Origin: a bacterium
GTDB taxonomy: Bacteria > Electryoneota > Electryoneia > Electryoneales > Electryoneaceae
Direction: 5' to 3'
Length of the DNA: 64,000 bases
NCBI GenBank assembly: GCA_043801585.1
Contig: JAZDLX010000184.1
Coordinates: 17,683-81,682, forward strand
In this document: positions 19,643-30,933 of the stretch, one piece after another
Position numbering within the stretch: the first letter of the stretch is position 1
Layout of the letters: every line of letters begins with the position of its first letter
The notes under the pieces: generated by a model
Seen by the model: the letters and a program-made list of their open reading frames with translations, nothing else
Told to the model about the DNA's origin: nothing
The model's database searches: none
Made by a program: the position numbers and the translations under genes

Positions 19643-20256
19643 TGAACGGCAGGTTGAACGTTTTCTTCCTCGACAATGTGGACTCCTTCGTTTTCAACCT
19701 CGTTGATGAATTCTCCCGGCGGAGGTGCAATGTCCAAATCTGGAGAAACACGATCTCCGTTGAACGGGCACTCGGCCTCCTCGCCACAATGCCGGAGCCG
19801 AAACTGCTGGTGATCAGCCCGGGGCCCGGATCGCCGGGAGAGGCGGGATGCAGTGTTGAATTGATCCGTCGCCTGCCGGTGGAGATCCCGATGCTGGGTG
19901 TCTGCCTCGGTCACCAGGCACTGATCGAAGCCTATGGCGGGATCGTAGGTCCCGCGGGTGAGATCGTTCACGGAAAATCATCCCTCCTCACCCACGACGG
20001 CACCGGCCTGTTCGAGAACATTCCCAGCCCGATGATGATCGGACGCTACCATTCTCTTTCGGCACTGAAGATGCCGGCATCGCTGCGAGTAATCGCTTCC
20101 CTGGGCGGCATCGTGATGGCTGTCGAGCACGAATCACGACCCCTCTGGGGAGTGCAGTTCCATCCGGAATCCATTCTCACCCCGCACGGAGGACGACTTC
20201 TCGAAAACGTCTTGAGAAGAGTCGTTACCCCCGTCAAGGAGGTACAGCATGCATGA
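19642..20256 (+). CDS. trpG: Anthranilate synthase component II (glutamine amidotransferase)
   Basis: DNVDSF, SPGPG, GVCLGHQ, GRYHSL, QFHPES. Start is ATG 19642 or GTG 19639. Confidence 0.95.
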   Translation: MNGRLNVFFLDNVDSFVFNLVDEFSRRRCNVQIWRNTISVERALGLLATMPEPKLLVISPGPGSPGEAGCSVELIRRLPVEIPMLGVCLGHQALIEAYGGIVGPAGEIVHGKSSLLTHDGTGLFENIPSPMMIGRYHSLSALKMPASLRVIASLGGIVMAVEHESRPLWGVQFHPESILTPHGGRLLENVLRRVVTPVKEVQHA

Positions 20257-21259
20257 CTACCTCGACAGAGTAGCGAACCGTCAGGCGTTGAACGGTTCTG
20301 AAATGGAAGAGATTTTCAGCGCCATGGTCGCGGGCGAACTGGAACCGGTTTACATCGCTGCTCTGCTGGTTGGCCTGCGAACGAAGGGCGAAACCCCCGA
20401 AGAAATCGCCGGAGCGGCAAAAGCCCTGCGCGACCACGCTCTTCCCTTTCCCGCACCATCCGGAACCTTTGTGGATGTTTGTGGAACTGGCGGTGATTCC
20501 TCGGGCACGATCAACATTTCCACCGCCGCTGCCGTGGTGCTGGCGGAAATGGGAATTCCTGTTGCCAAACATGGCAATCGTTCCGTTTCGTCAAAATGCG
20601 GGTCCGCGGATCTTCTCGAAGCATTTGGCGTAAAGTTGGACCCCGAACCTGCAATAGCGCGGAAATGTCTTGATGAGGTGGGGATTTGCTTCCTCTTTGC
20701 GCCGCAGTATCACAGTGGCCTGCGTCACGCCATGCCGATCCGCAAGGCGCTGAGAATGAGGACCATTTTCAACATCCTCGGCCCCCTTGCGAATCCGGCA
20801 CAGCCGCCAGTGCAGTTAATGGGAGTCTACGATGCAGCATTGGTTGTTCCCATTGCCAAAACGTTGAGTCATCTCGGCGCTCAAAAATCTCTCGTTGTCC
20901 ACGGCGATGGACTCGACGAAATCAGCGTCTCTGCCCCGACGACAGCGGCGATGTCGACGAATGGGACCGTCGAAACACTCGAAATCATCCCGGAGGAAAC
21001 GGGACTTAAACGGTATCCACAAGAAGCGTTGGCAGGTGGAGACGCAGCGGAAAACCGGAAGTTGATCGAAGCGCTTTTATCCGGAAAGGGATCTCCCGCC
21101 CATGAGGCAGCGGTGGCTATCAACGCCGGGGCCGCAGCCTGGGTCGCCGGAACTGCATCATCTCTTCGGGATGGCACTCAGTCAGCCCTCGAAACCATCC
21201 GTTCAGGCAAATGCATCGAACGGGTAAACCAATGGGCGGAGATCTCACATGGTTCTTGA
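20249..21259 (+). CDS. trpD: Anthranilate phosphoribosyltransferase
   Basis: DVCGTGGD, NIST, KHGNRSVSSKCGSADLLE, RTIFNILGPL, GLDE. Confidence 0.95.
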   Translation: MHDYLDRVANRQALNGSEMEEIFSAMVAGELEPVYIAALLVGLRTKGETPEEIAGAAKALRDHALPFPAPSGTFVDVCGTGGDSSGTINISTAAAVVLAEMGIPVAKHGNRSVSSKCGSADLLEAFGVKLDPEPAIARKCLDEVGICFLFAPQYHSGLRHAMPIRKALRMRTIFNILGPLANPAQPPVQLMGVYDAALVVPIAKTLSHLGAQKSLVVHGDGLDEISVSAPTTAAMSTNGTVETLEIIPEETGLKRYPQEALAGGDAAENRKLIEALLSGKGSPAHEAAVAINAGAAAWVAGTASSLRDGTQSALETIRSGKCIERVNQWAEISHGS

Positions 21260-22634
21260 CAGAATCATCGAACACAAGCGCCAGGAGGTCGATGACCAGC
21301 AGCGGAACCTGCCACTCGAGCAGTTTCTGGACCGGATCGATCCCAGCAATCGTTCCTTTCTCAAGGCGATCACCCGCGAACACACGGGCTTCATTCTCGA
21401 GGTAAAAAAGGCGTCGCCGTCACAAGGATTGATCCGGGAGGATTTTGACCCACTCCTGATCGCGGAAGCGTACGCGCCGTTTGCGGATGCGATCAGTGTC
21501 CTGACAGACCGGAAATTCTTTCAGGGCAGCTTCCAGACGCTCGAAATCATACGCGGCGTAGCGCCTCAACCCGTGCTCTGCAAAGACTTCATCCTTGAGC
21601 CCTACCAGGTGTACAAGGCGCGGCTGCATGGCGCCGACGCCGTTCTGCTGATGCTTTCGGTGCTTGACGATAATGAGTATTTGGCGTGCAACTCGGCCGT
21701 CGAGGAATTGCAGATGAGTGCGCTCGTCGAGGTGCACACACCGCAGGAGCTGGAGCGGGCAAGGAAACTCGGCGCGAAAATCATCGGGATCAACAATCGA
21801 AACCTGAAGACACTCGAGGTTGACCTTGACACGACACTCCATCTCGCTCCGGAGGCAAAAACCTTTGCGGATGCCGTTGTCTGTGAATCGGGCATTCATT
21901 CGCATGATGACGTGCTCCGACTACGGGATTGCGTGGACGCCTTTCTGGTCGGGACGAGCCTGATGGCGCGGCCGGATCTCGGGTTCGCTGTCCGGGAAAT
22001 CATCTTTGGCCCAACGAAAGTGTGTGGATTGACACGCGTGGAAGACGTCCGCGCGGCCCAGGCAGCGGGAGCCGTGTACGGCGGCATGATTTTTGCCGAA
22101 AATTCTCCGCGTCGAATAACATCGGAACTCGCAATAGAACTGAACCGGGGGGCACCCCTGCGGTGGGTGGGAGTATTCGTGAATTCACCGGTGGAAACGG
22201 TGGCCGATCACGCTCACAGGCTGAACCTCACCGCAGTCCAGCTCAACGGAGATGAAAACGGGGAGTACATCCACACGCTTCGTCCCCTGCTGCCCGGAAG
22301 CTGCGAGATCTGGAAAGCGCACCCTATTGCGGACAGGATACCGACGCTGAAAATGGACGGTGTCGACCGGCACTTGCTCGATGCCTTCGACCCGGTCATG
22401 CGTGGCGGCACAGGAAAGACGTTCAATTGGACATTATTGAACGGCACGGACCGCAACAAGATCATTCTCTCGGGTGGTTTGAATCCGACCAACGCCGCTC
22501 AGGCGGATCGCGTTGGCGCTGCCATTCTTGATGTCAATTCCGGAGTCGAACAGGCGCCGGGCCGAAAAGATCCCAGGAAGCTGACAGAGTTTTTCAGAGA
22601 ACTTCGGGGAGTGCGCACAGGGGGAGAACGATGA
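21249..22634 (+). CDS. trpCF: Bifunctional indole-3-glycerol-phosphate synthase / phosphoribosylanthranilate isomerase
   Basis: Trp[28 protein letters not shown]. Trp[34 protein letters not shown]. Confidence 0.95.
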   Translation: MVLDRIIEHKRQEVDDQQRNLPLEQFLDRIDPSNRSFLKAITREHTGFILEVKKASPSQGLIREDFDPLLIAEAYAPFADAISVLTDRKFFQGSFQTLEIIRGVAPQPVLCKDFILEPYQVYKARLHGADAVLLMLSVLDDNEYLACNSAVEELQMSALVEVHTPQELERARKLGAKIIGINNRNLKTLEVDLDTTLHLAPEAKTFADAVVCESGIHSHDDVLRLRDCVDAFLVGTSLMARPDLGFAVREIIFGPTKVCGLTRVEDVRAAQAAGAVYGGMIFAENSPRRITSELAIELNRGAPLRWVGVFVNSPVETVADHAHRLNLTAVQLNGDENGEYIHTLRPLLPGSCEIWKAHPIADRIPTLKMDGVDRHLLDAFDPVMRGGTGKTFNWTLLNGTDRNKIILSGGLNPTNAAQADRVGAAILDVNSGVEQAPGRKDPRKLTEFFRELRGVRTGGER

Positions 22635-23821
22635 GACAGAATGGACGATTCGGCAAGTGGGGCGGTTGTTTCGTGCCCGAGATCCTGCTCCCTGCGCTCG
22701 AACAACTCGAAGCCGCGTGGCTGGATTTTCGCGAGAACGACAGCTTCCGCAAAGAACTCGACACCCTGCTGCGCGATTATGCCGGGCGGCCGACACCCCT
22801 TTACTGTTGCCGGAATCTCGCGGCGGACACACCCGCGCAAATCTGGCTGAAACGAGAAGACCTTCTCCACGGCGGGGCACACAAGACCAACCAGGTGCTG
22901 GGGCAGGCTTTGCTCGCACGCCACCTGGGAAAGACCCGGTTGATTGCGGAGACGGGTGCAGGACAGCACGGCGTCGCCACTGCGTTTGTCGGCGCTCTGT
23001 TTGGTTTCGAGACGGTGATCTACATGGGGGCGAAGGATGTCGAGCGCCAGCGGCAAAACGTTTTTCGCATGGAGCTGATGGGCGCTGCTGTGATCCCGGT
23101 GACCAAGGGATCGGCCACGTTAAAAGACGCGATCAATGACGCGATGCGTGACTGGACAGCGAGCTATGAGACAACCCACTACATGCTCGGGACGGTTGCA
23201 GGCCCGCACCCCTTCCCCAGTATGGTACGTGATTTTCAGAGCGTCATCGGAAACGAAGCCCGCAACCAGATACTAAGCAAAACAGGACGCCTTCCCGATG
23301 AAGTGATCGCCTGCGTGGGTGGCGGATCCAATGCCATCGGCATCTTTCACGCCTTCCTTGACGACCGGGATGTAACTCTCGTCGGAGTGGAACCGGCAGG
23401 ACGCGGACTCGCAACGGGGCAGCATGGAGCATCTCTCGAACTTGGAACGCCCGGTGTACTTCACGGTTCGTTTACCCACCTGCTGCAGAACGGCGATGGT
23501 CAGGTTGAGGAATCCTACTCCATCTCAGCGGGATTGGACTATCCCGGAGTGGGACCTGAACACGTCCACCTGCGGGAAACAGGCCGAGCCACCTATACAT
23601 CGGCGACAGACGAAGAGGCTCTGAATGCGTTCGAGGCTCTCGCACGCCACGAGGGCATCCTCCCCGCGCTTGAGTCCGCCCACGCCGTTGCCTACGCATT
23701 GAAGCGGGCGCGAGAAACAAGGGAAGAATCCATTCTGCTCGTCAATCTCTCCGGGCGCGGCGACAAGGATCTCGAAACCGTTCGCAAGGCGCTTTCAACT
23801 GAGACGATGGAGGTGGCGTGA
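22631..23821 (+). CDS. trpB: Tryptophan synthase beta chain
   Basis: [59 protein letters not shown]. Confidence 0.97.
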   Translation: MRQNGRFGKWGGCFVPEILLPALEQLEAAWLDFRENDSFRKELDTLLRDYAGRPTPLYCCRNLAADTPAQIWLKREDLLHGGAHKTNQVLGQALLARHLGKTRLIAETGAGQHGVATAFVGALFGFETVIYMGAKDVERQRQNVFRMELMGAAVIPVTKGSATLKDAINDAMRDWTASYETTHYMLGTVAGPHPFPSMVRDFQSVIGNEARNQILSKTGRLPDEVIACVGGGSNAIGIFHAFLDDRDVTLVGVEPAGRGLATGQHGASLELGTPGVLHGSFTHLLQNGDGQVEESYSISAGLDYPGVGPEHVHLRETGRATYTSATDEEALNAFEALARHEGILPALESAHAVAYALKRARETREESILLVNLSGRGDKDLETVRKALSTETMEVA

Positions 23822-24639
23822 GCGCACGCTATGAAAAGATGTTCCGTCGCCTTGGCGATCTGGGAGAGATCGCATTTGTCCCGTTCACGGTGCTCGGCGA
23901 CCCGAACCCGGAAGCGAGCCTTGAGGCCATCCGGGCGATGATTTCGGGGGGGGCCGATGCGCTCGAACTTGGCATTCCCTTTTCCGATCCGGTGGCGGAC
24001 GGCCCGACGATTCAGGCGGCAGACATTCGGGCTCTCTCCTCGGGGTCGACCGTTCATTCAGCATGGAATCTGATTTCGAGGATACGAACCGAGAATCCCG
24101 ATCTGCCCATCGGTCTGCTCCTTTACGCCAATCTCGTCGTGCACGGCGGACTGGAAGCCTTCTACCACAACGCCTTGAAAGCAGGTGTGGACTCGGTGCT
24201 CGTCGCCGATTTACCCACTCTTGAAGCGATCCCATTCTGCACGGCTGCGCGGCGTGCGAGTATTGATCCCGTTCTGATCGCTCCACCAAACGCAGATGTT
24301 CAGCGGCTCGAAATCATTTCCCGAGAGGGCCGTGGGTACACCTACGTGATCACTCGGCGGGGAGTCACTGGAGCCGACGAACAGGTTCACCTGGACCACA
24401 CCGCACTGCTCGATACGCTGCAAAGGTTTCAGGCGCCTCCCCCACTTTTCGGCTTCGGCATCTCGAAACCCGAACATGTGCTCGCAGCGAAATATGCCGG
24501 CGCCGCCGGTGTGATCAGCGGTTCGGCTGTCGTCTCCCGTATCGAAAGAAATCTTGGGGACATCGATTCCATGGTGAAGGACATCCATGATTTCGTCGTG
24601 GAGATGAAGGCGGCGACTCGCAACGGAGGCCGGTCATGA
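23818..24639 (+). CDS. trpA: Tryptophan synthase alpha chain
   Basis: [35 protein letters not shown]. Confidence 0.97.
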   Translation: MSARYEKMFRRLGDLGEIAFVPFTVLGDPNPEASLEAIRAMISGGADALELGIPFSDPVADGPTIQAADIRALSSGSTVHSAWNLISRIRTENPDLPIGLLLYANLVVHGGLEAFYHNALKAGVDSVLVADLPTLEAIPFCTAARRASIDPVLIAPPNADVQRLEIISREGRGYTYVITRRGVTGADEQVHLDHTALLDTLQRFQAPPPLFGFGISKPEHVLAAKYAGAAGVISGSAVVSRIERNLGDIDSMVKDIHDFVVEMKAATRNGGRS

Positions 24640-25730
24640 TTCTCAGCCATTTGACATTTATCCGAGAGTCCAGCAGCCGCATTCTTCTCGAATCCGGAGC
24701 GAGGAGCCACCTGAGCAACTTCGTCGATCTCGATTTTGTGACGAGCGCCACCCTGATCGCTGATACGAACGTTTACTCGTTCCACGGCTCCGAAGTCCGT
24801 GATTCGCTCGAACACCTTTTCGGATCGGTTACCGTGATCACAGTCCCTCCCGGCGAAGGCAGCAAGACCCGGGACACCGTGGCCAAAATTCAGGATCGAC
24901 TGAGCGAAGAGAAGGTTGACCGCCGAGGTCTCGTCGTCGGGTTGGGCGGAGGTGTGACGCTCGATATTGCCGGGTATGTCGCAGCGACCTATCTGCGAGG
25001 CATTCCCTGGATTGCGATGCCGACCTCTCTGCTCGCCCAGGTGGACGCGGGAATCGGTGGCAAGACCGGTGTCAATACGAGCAAAGGAAAGAATCTCGCT
25101 GGCGCGTTTCATCCACCTTTGCAGGTCATCATCGACCCTGAGGTCCTGAATACTCTCCCCTTGATTGAATGGAGAAATGGACTCGTGGAAGCGGTCAAAC
25201 ATGCCTGGATTGCCGATGCAGATCTGTTCTCACTGTTCGAGAACACTGCTTCATCCCTGAAGAGCGGCCCGGACTCACATCTTCATGACTGGCTAAATGC
25301 AGCGATCCAAGTAAAAATATCTGTTGTTGCTGAGGATCCTTTTGAACTGGGAAAGCGCTCGATCCTTAACGCCGGGCATACAGTCGGTCACGCCATCGAG
25401 GCGGCGACCGATCATGCGATCAGGCATGGATTCGCCGTTGCGAGAGGTCTTGTTGTCGAATCGAGAGCGGCTGGCGAAAGAACCGGATTGCCTGTGGATC
25501 ACATCCGGAGACTCGAACATCTGCTGGAAGAGCTGGAGGTGCTGCCGCCTACAAACGGCATCGATTTCGACTCTCTCCTCCCCTTCCTGCTTCGTGACAA
25601 AAAGAATCAGCGGGATCATGTTCGCATCTCCCTGCCGGCGAGCCTCGGCCGTTCCTCTGCGATTGATGGTTCGTGGACGATTGACGTGCAACCGGACGCG
25701 TTGCGCCACGCCTGGGAGAGTTTCCAATGA
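24636..25730 (+). CDS. aroB: 3-dehydroquinate synthase
   Basis: GEGSK, GGGVTLDIAGY, PTSLLAQVDAGIGGKTGVN, KNLAGAFH, LNAGHTVGHAIE, DKK. Confidence 0.93.
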   Translation: MILSHLTFIRESSSRILLESGARSHLSNFVDLDFVTSATLIADTNVYSFHGSEVRDSLEHLFGSVTVITVPPGEGSKTRDTVAKIQDRLSEEKVDRRGLVVGLGGGVTLDIAGYVAATYLRGIPWIAMPTSLLAQVDAGIGGKTGVNTSKGKNLAGAFHPPLQVIIDPEVLNTLPLIEWRNGLVEAVKHAWIADADLFSLFENTASSLKSGPDSHLHDWLNAAIQVKISVVAEDPFELGKRSILNAGHTVGHAIEAATDHAIRHGFAVARGLVVESRAAGERTGLPVDHIRRLEHLLEELEVLPPTNGIDFDSLLPFLLRDKKNQRDHVRISLPASLGRSSAIDGSWTIDVQPDALRHAWESFQ

Positions 25731-27163
25731 TCTGTGTGACAGGTCTTGAACGGACGATAGCGGAACTGGCCCGCCGACTCGAACAGTATTCCGGGCAGTT
25801 GCAGGAAGTGCGGCTGGACGCGCTCGACCGGATCGAAGAAGATATCTACCACCTGCTGAAACTTCACGATCCGTTGATCGTCACCTGCCGCGGGACAGCC
25901 GAGGGAGGACTGTTCACGGGAACGCCCGGAGAGCAATCGGAGATCCTGCATCGTCTGCTCATCTCCAACCCAGCCTATGTCGACCTCGAGACGAGCATCC
26001 CGTTAAACATCCGCAGGACACTTGAACATGCCGGGCAGAACTCTCGAATCATCACGTCGCATCATCAGTTCAAAACCTCCTTGACGATTCGAAACGATCT
26101 CCTGAAGCTCTCCGATGAACCGGGCGATCTGTTGAAATATGCAGTTCAGGTCGGCGACGCGGCGGAATTGCTTCCGCTCCTTGAGACGCAGATTCCGGAT
26201 CACCGCCCCTTCCTGCGCATCGGGATGGGCGATGCGGGAATGATCACGCGCGGACTCTTTTCCTCGTTCGGATCGCCATGGACGTACGTCACCGCGGATT
26301 CCTCCACTTCATCTGCACCGGGTCAGTTGACCGTCGAACAGGCAAAGCGGTGGCGGATCGACTCCCTTTCCCACCCTGCACCATACGGGTTGATTGGAGG
26401 ACCACAGGTCATCCACTCGCCGGGAATGGACGTCTACAACCAGTTGTTTGCAGGTTACGGTGTGGATGCCCTGTATCTGCCCATTATTACCGCTCGCCTC
26501 GGGGATACCCTTCCTTTGCTGAAGGCGCTCGATTTCGCGGGACTCAGCGTCACCATGCCCGCGAAGATCGCCGCTTTGGAACTCTGCGACGAACGATCCG
26601 AGGAAGCGGTTGCTGCTGGTGCGGTGAACACTATCCTCTTTAATCACAAACAGTTCATCGGCGACAACACGGATGTTACGGCCTTGCGCGAACTGCTTCG
26701 TGACGAGACAGGAAAGGTCCTTATCCTCGGTGCGGGCGGTGTGGCGCGAGCCGCCCTTGCGGCTGTGGGACAACGGGGAATTGTGACCGCCCGTGACCCG
26801 GAACGCGCAACAGCCGTCGCCGGTATGTTTGGCGCTGCGACTCTGGAGTGGGAGCACCGCGATCGATGCGGCGCGAGAACAATTGTCAACGCCACTCCCC
26901 TCGGCATGGACGGCATCTCCAGCCCCCTTCCCGCGGAGACTCCACTTGCGGACAAACGGATCATCGACGTTGTGATGAAACGGGACGGCACACCGTTGAC
27001 GCGCCGTGCAAAGGAGGCCGGAGCAAAAGTCGTGGACGGTTTCGAGATCTGGGTGCGACAGGGTGCTGCACAGATGAGCAGATTCCTCGACCGCAAGGTC
27101 ACCGCAGGAGAGTTGCGAACGCTCCTCGACGAGCTTCACGCTGGAGCATTCAATGGACCTTAG
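25727..27163 (+). CDS. aroDE: Bifunctional type I 3-dehydroquinate dehydratase / shikimate dehydrogenase
   Basis: N-half: EVRLD, TCR..EGG, YVDLE, SHH, GMG, APGQ. C-half: SVTMPAK, GAVNT, NTD, GAGGVARA, NATPLGM. Confidence 0.88.
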   Translation: MICVTGLERTIAELARRLEQYSGQLQEVRLDALDRIEEDIYHLLKLHDPLIVTCRGTAEGGLFTGTPGEQSEILHRLLISNPAYVDLETSIPLNIRRTLEHAGQNSRIITSHHQFKTSLTIRNDLLKLSDEPGDLLKYAVQVGDAAELLPLLETQIPDHRPFLRIGMGDAGMITRGLFSSFGSPWTYVTADSSTSSAPGQLTVEQAKRWRIDSLSHPAPYGLIGGPQVIHSPGMDVYNQLFAGYGVDALYLPIITARLGDTLPLLKALDFAGLSVTMPAKIAALELCDERSEEAVAAGAVNTILFNHKQFIGDNTDVTALRELLRDETGKVLILGAGGVARAALAAVGQRGIVTARDPERATAVAGMFGAATLEWEHRDRCGARTIVNATPLGMDGISSPLPAETPLADKRIIDVVMKRDGTPLTRRAKEAGAKVVDGFEIWVRQGAAQMSRFLDRKVTAGELRTLLDELHAGAFNGP

Positions 27164-28346
27164 GCTGTCGATCTCCGCCCCCGCCTCGAAGAGTGCGACC
27201 CAGCGGGCTCTGTTCCTGTCGACGCTCGCGTCAGGAACGAGTACGCTTCACGGACCGCTCGACTGCGAAGACAGCCGGGCTCTCGCAGATGCTTTACGCG
27301 GTTTGGGTGTGAAGATCGATCAGCAATCGGACCGGTGGATCGTATCTGGAGACACTCTGCAAGCGGCTTCGGCGACCCTGTACTGCTCAAACGCGGGAAC
27401 CTGCATCCGTTTTCTGGCGGCGGCGTCTCTGCTGTTGCCATCATCGGTGACACTGGACGCCGGAGAGCAGTTGCGGAAACGGCCGTTGCAAGACATTGCG
27501 GATGCTCTCAGACGTGCAGGAATGCACGTTGAATTCACGGATCGTGAAGGGTTTGCTCCGCTTACGATCACTCCTGGAGATTCCATCCGTAACGAGATCG
27601 AGCTGGATGCCAGCCGCACCAGCCAGTTCCTTTCGGGCCTGTTGATGGTTGCGCCTCGCTTGGGCGGTATAAGTATCCGCACCGGAAAACATCTGGTCTC
27701 GCGTCCCTATGTGGATCTGACGCTCGCCCTGATGTCGGCGTTCGGAGGACCTCCTGTCCGTGAACATGAAAACGTTTTTTTCGTACCGGCGGGAGCCTAC
27801 CAGGCGTGCGACATGACCATCGAGGGCGACTGGTCCGCCGCCGCGATGATCCTGACAGCGGGCTGGATTTCCGGTCTGAAAATAGACATCCCCAATCTGA
27901 ATTCTGAAAGTGTCCAGGGCGACCGGGCGATCGTTCTGTTTCTGGAAGAACTGGGGAGGCCCCGCCATCACCGTTTCGACCTGGCGATATGCCCTGATCT
28001 GATCACTCCGCTCGCAGTGGCCTGCGCATTTGCGGAGCATCCCAGTGAGATTCGGAACGTTGCACATGCCCGGATCAAGGAAAGTGACCGGATTGCCGCC
28101 ACGGTCCAAATGCTGAACGCTGTTGGCGTCGCGGCCGAACAACTTGCAGATGGATTGCTCATCACGCCGGGAGGTGCTTTTCACCCGGCAACCGTCGAGG
28201 ATCATGGCGATCATCGCGTCGCCATGGCGGCGGGGGTGATTTCTTTACGCATCCCCGGAGTGAAACCGACAACCCCGGAATGCGTAAAAAAATCCTACCC
28301 GAATTTCTGGAATGTCATGGAGGAACTGCGATGTTCCTTACGCTGA
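27153..28346 (+). CDS. aroA: EPSP synthase
   Basis: SKS..QR, NAGT..RF, SQFLSGLL, SRPYVDLT, EGDWS, KESDR, DHRVAM, KSYP.F. Confidence 0.93.
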   Translation: MDLRLSISAPASKSATQRALFLSTLASGTSTLHGPLDCEDSRALADALRGLGVKIDQQSDRWIVSGDTLQAASATLYCSNAGTCIRFLAAASLLLPSSVTLDAGEQLRKRPLQDIADALRRAGMHVEFTDREGFAPLTITPGDSIRNEIELDASRTSQFLSGLLMVAPRLGGISIRTGKHLVSRPYVDLTLALMSAFGGPPVREHENVFFVPAGAYQACDMTIEGDWSAAAMILTAGWISGLKIDIPNLNSESVQGDRAIVLFLEELGRPRHHRFDLAICPDLITPLAVACAFAEHPSEIRNVAHARIKESDRIAATVQMLNAVGVAAEQLADGLLITPGGAFHPATVEDHGDHRVAMAAGVISLRIPGVKPTTPECVKKSYPNFWNVMEELRCSLR

Positions 28347-28852
28347 TCGGTCCCCGTGGCGCAGGGAAAACAACTCTCGGCCGTAAGCTCGCCGACCGAG
28401 TCGGAGTGAGCTTCACTGATCTCGACACTGTGATCGAGTGGAAAGAGGGGCGTTCCGTGCCGGACATCTTTGCACACGGTGGCGAGGCTGAATTTCGAAT
28501 CCTGGAACGGGAAGCATTCGAAGAAATGCACTGCCGCGATGCAACGATTCTGGCGACAGGTGGTGGAGTCATTTTTCATCCGGAGACTCAGATTGAATTG
28601 GGAATCACGGGGAAAACGATTCTCCTGCTCGCCGACCCGATAGTTCTTGCGGAGCGGATACGGGGTTCTGAACGTCCCAGCCTCACGGGTCTGGACGCGG
28701 CGAGTGAGATTGGACAGGTTCTCGCCGAGCGCCGTGAGATCTACGAAAAGTGCGCGGCGCGTACGATTGACACAACAATCCTTTCGATTGAAGAGGCGGT
28801 CGATGTCCTCGAACACATTTGGAAATCTCTTTCGGGCGACCAGTTTCGGTGA
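28331..28852 (+). CDS. aroK: Shikimate kinase
   Basis: LIGPRGAGKTT, DLD, GEAEFRILE, ATGGG, RP.L; start at ATG 28331 after SD GGAGG. Confidence 0.92.
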   Translation: MFLTLIGPRGAGKTTLGRKLADRVGVSFTDLDTVIEWKEGRSVPDIFAHGGEAEFRILEREAFEEMHCRDATILATGGGVIFHPETQIELGITGKTILLLADPIVLAERIRGSERPSLTGLDAASEIGQVLAERREIYEKCAARTIDTTILSIEEAVDVLEHIWKSLSGDQFR

Positions 28853-29888
28853 GTCCCATGGTGCAGGCATTGGCGTCGTCATCGATGGCGTGCCACCGCG
28901 CCTGCGTCTCGACCTGGAGGCCATCCAACTCCAGCTCGACCGACGCCGTCCCGGCCAGAGCAGAGTAACAACATCGCGATCCGAATCGGACCGTGTTGAG
29001 GTTCTCTCCGGACTCCATGAGGGGGTTACCACCGGTGCGCCTCTAACCCTGTTCGTTCGGAACAGCAACACCCGGCCGGAAGACTACGAAAATCTTCGCA
29101 ACACCTTCCGCCCCGGGCATGCGGATTTCACCTGGTACAAGAAATACGGAGTCCGTGATTATCTCGGAGGCGGACGCTCCTCCGGACGCGAGACCATCGC
29201 CCGGGTGGCGGCGGGCGCGGTGGCGAGGCAGATCCTCGCGGTTCATGGAATTTCCGTTCTCGGATACGTCGTTTCGGTGGGAGACGTCGAAGTTGAATCG
29301 TTTGACCCTGCTATCATCGAATCGAATCCTGTGCGCTGCGCGGACCCTGACGCCGCCGCCCGGATGGAAGCCCTGATTCTTCGCGTGAAGGAAGATGGCG
29401 ACTCGGTTGGTGGAATCGTCGAGGTCCGCTGCCAGGGGGTACCTGCCGGACTCGGCGATCCGGTGTTCGACAAACTGGATGCCCTGATTGCCCGGGCAAT
29501 TCTTTCCATCGGTGCGACGAAAGGGATCGAATTTGGATTGGGGTTTGCAATGGCTCGAATGCGCGGCAGCCAGGCTCACGATCCGATCCGTCCAGATGGA
29601 GTCGATGGCGACCGGGCGGGAGGCATTCTCGGCGGTGTCTCAAACGGAGGCGATATCGTTTTCCGTGTTGCAGTGAAACCACCTGCGTCAATTGAACTCG
29701 AACAGGATACCGTCACCCTCGACAATCAACCCCACCGCATCGCCGTACAGGGGCGTCATGACCCTTGCATCGCACCGAGATTGGTTCCTGTTGCCGAGGC
29801 GATGACGGCGCTCGTGCTTGTCGATGTATTGATGAGACAGACGGCACTTCGAGGAGTACTGCCGGAAGATGGTGATAACGATGCTTGA
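28803..29888 (+). CDS. aroC: Chorismate synthase
   Basis: FGESHG, RRPGQS, RPGHAD, GGRSSGRET, DGDSVGG, GLGDPVFDKLD, GRHDPC; start ATG 28803. Confidence 0.95.
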   Translation: MSSNTFGNLFRATSFGESHGAGIGVVIDGVPPRLRLDLEAIQLQLDRRRPGQSRVTTSRSESDRVEVLSGLHEGVTTGAPLTLFVRNSNTRPEDYENLRNTFRPGHADFTWYKKYGVRDYLGGGRSSGRETIARVAAGAVARQILAVHGISVLGYVVSVGDVEVESFDPAIIESNPVRCADPDAAARMEALILRVKEDGDSVGGIVEVRCQGVPAGLGDPVFDKLDALIARAILSIGATKGIEFGLGFAMARMRGSQAHDPIRPDGVDGDRAGGILGGVSNGGDIVFRVAVKPPASIELEQDTVTLDNQPHRIAVQGRHDPCIAPRLVPVAEAMTALVLVDVLMRQTALRGVLPEDGDNDA

Positions 29889-30933
29889 TGAACTACGCAA
29901 CCAGATACGTGAAGTAGACGCCTCGATAGCGGAACTGATCGCCAGGCGCCTCGATCTTGCACGCCGTATCGGCGAAGAAAAGGTGAAGCTCGGTCTGCCT
30001 GTACGGGATTTCGCAACCGAAAAACGTGTACTCGAAACGATGGACCGGCACGCCGAAAGACTTGGGATCGACCGTGAAATCCTCGAGGGAGTTGTCTTGC
30101 AACTGATTCGGGGATCGGTTCAACTGCAGAGCCGCAACCGGGTTCCGCTTCACTCGCGTGGCAACCTTCGTGCGGCTGTCATCGGTGGTGATGGCCACAT
30201 GGGAAAATGGTTCGAGGGATTTCTCTCGTCGCGCGGTTATGACGTGATCATTATCGAAAAGGACGATGATCTCCGACTGTCGCTTGAGTCCGATCTGATC
30301 GTCGTTTCTGTGCCCCTTGACAGGACGGGGGAAGTCCTCAGGCGGATCGCCGGCGAAAATCCGCGTGGCATTATCATTGAAGTCGCCAGTCTGAAATCCG
30401 ATTTCGTGGATCAAATCCCCGAGTGGATCGAGAGCGGGATGCGTATCGCATGCATCCATCCCATGTTCGGTGCGGAGGCCGATCTGCTGGCGGGTCAGAA
30501 CCTGATCGTCTGCGAATCGGGATGCAAAGAGGCGGAGGATGCTGCCGCGGATCTTTTCTCGGATTCGGCGGTCCATGTTGTCCGTATCCCGCTCGCGGAT
30601 CATGATCGCATCATGGCCTGGGTACTCAACCTCCCCCACCTGCTGAATCTGCTGGCGGCCGATCTTCTTTCAGCATCGACTGAAGATCATGAACGGCTGC
30701 GTGAATTCGGTGGAACAACATTCAACCGTCAGCACGCTGTGACAAGTGAGGTGGTCTCGGAGAATCCCGATCTCTACTATCACATCCAGCACATTAACCG
30801 TCATCGCGGTGAATTTTTTAACCATTTCCGCGAGAGTCTTCAGCGTATCATTGGGGTTATCGAACGAAATGACAGGGAAGCGTTTGTGAAACAGATGAAC
30901 GGATGGAGCCGCTGGTTTCGAGGGGAACGATGA
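29881..30933 (+). CDS. tyrA: Bifunctional chorismate mutase / prephenate dehydrogenase
   Basis: AroQ-type N-domain (LDELRNQIREVD..RR..IG..K..VRD..E); dehydrogenase IGGDGHMG, ASLKS, HPMFG, HDRIMA..LPH. Confidence 0.88.
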   Translation: MLDELRNQIREVDASIAELIARRLDLARRIGEEKVKLGLPVRDFATEKRVLETMDRHAERLGIDREILEGVVLQLIRGSVQLQSRNRVPLHSRGNLRAAVIGGDGHMGKWFEGFLSSRGYDVIIIEKDDDLRLSLESDLIVVSVPLDRTGEVLRRIAGENPRGIIIEVASLKSDFVDQIPEWIESGMRIACIHPMFGAEADLLAGQNLIVCESGCKEAEDAAADLFSDSAVHVVRIPLADHDRIMAWVLNLPHLLNLLAADLLSASTEDHERLREFGGTTFNRQHAVTSEVVSENPDLYYHIQHINRHRGEFFNHFRESLQRIIGVIERNDREAFVKQMNGWSRWFRGER

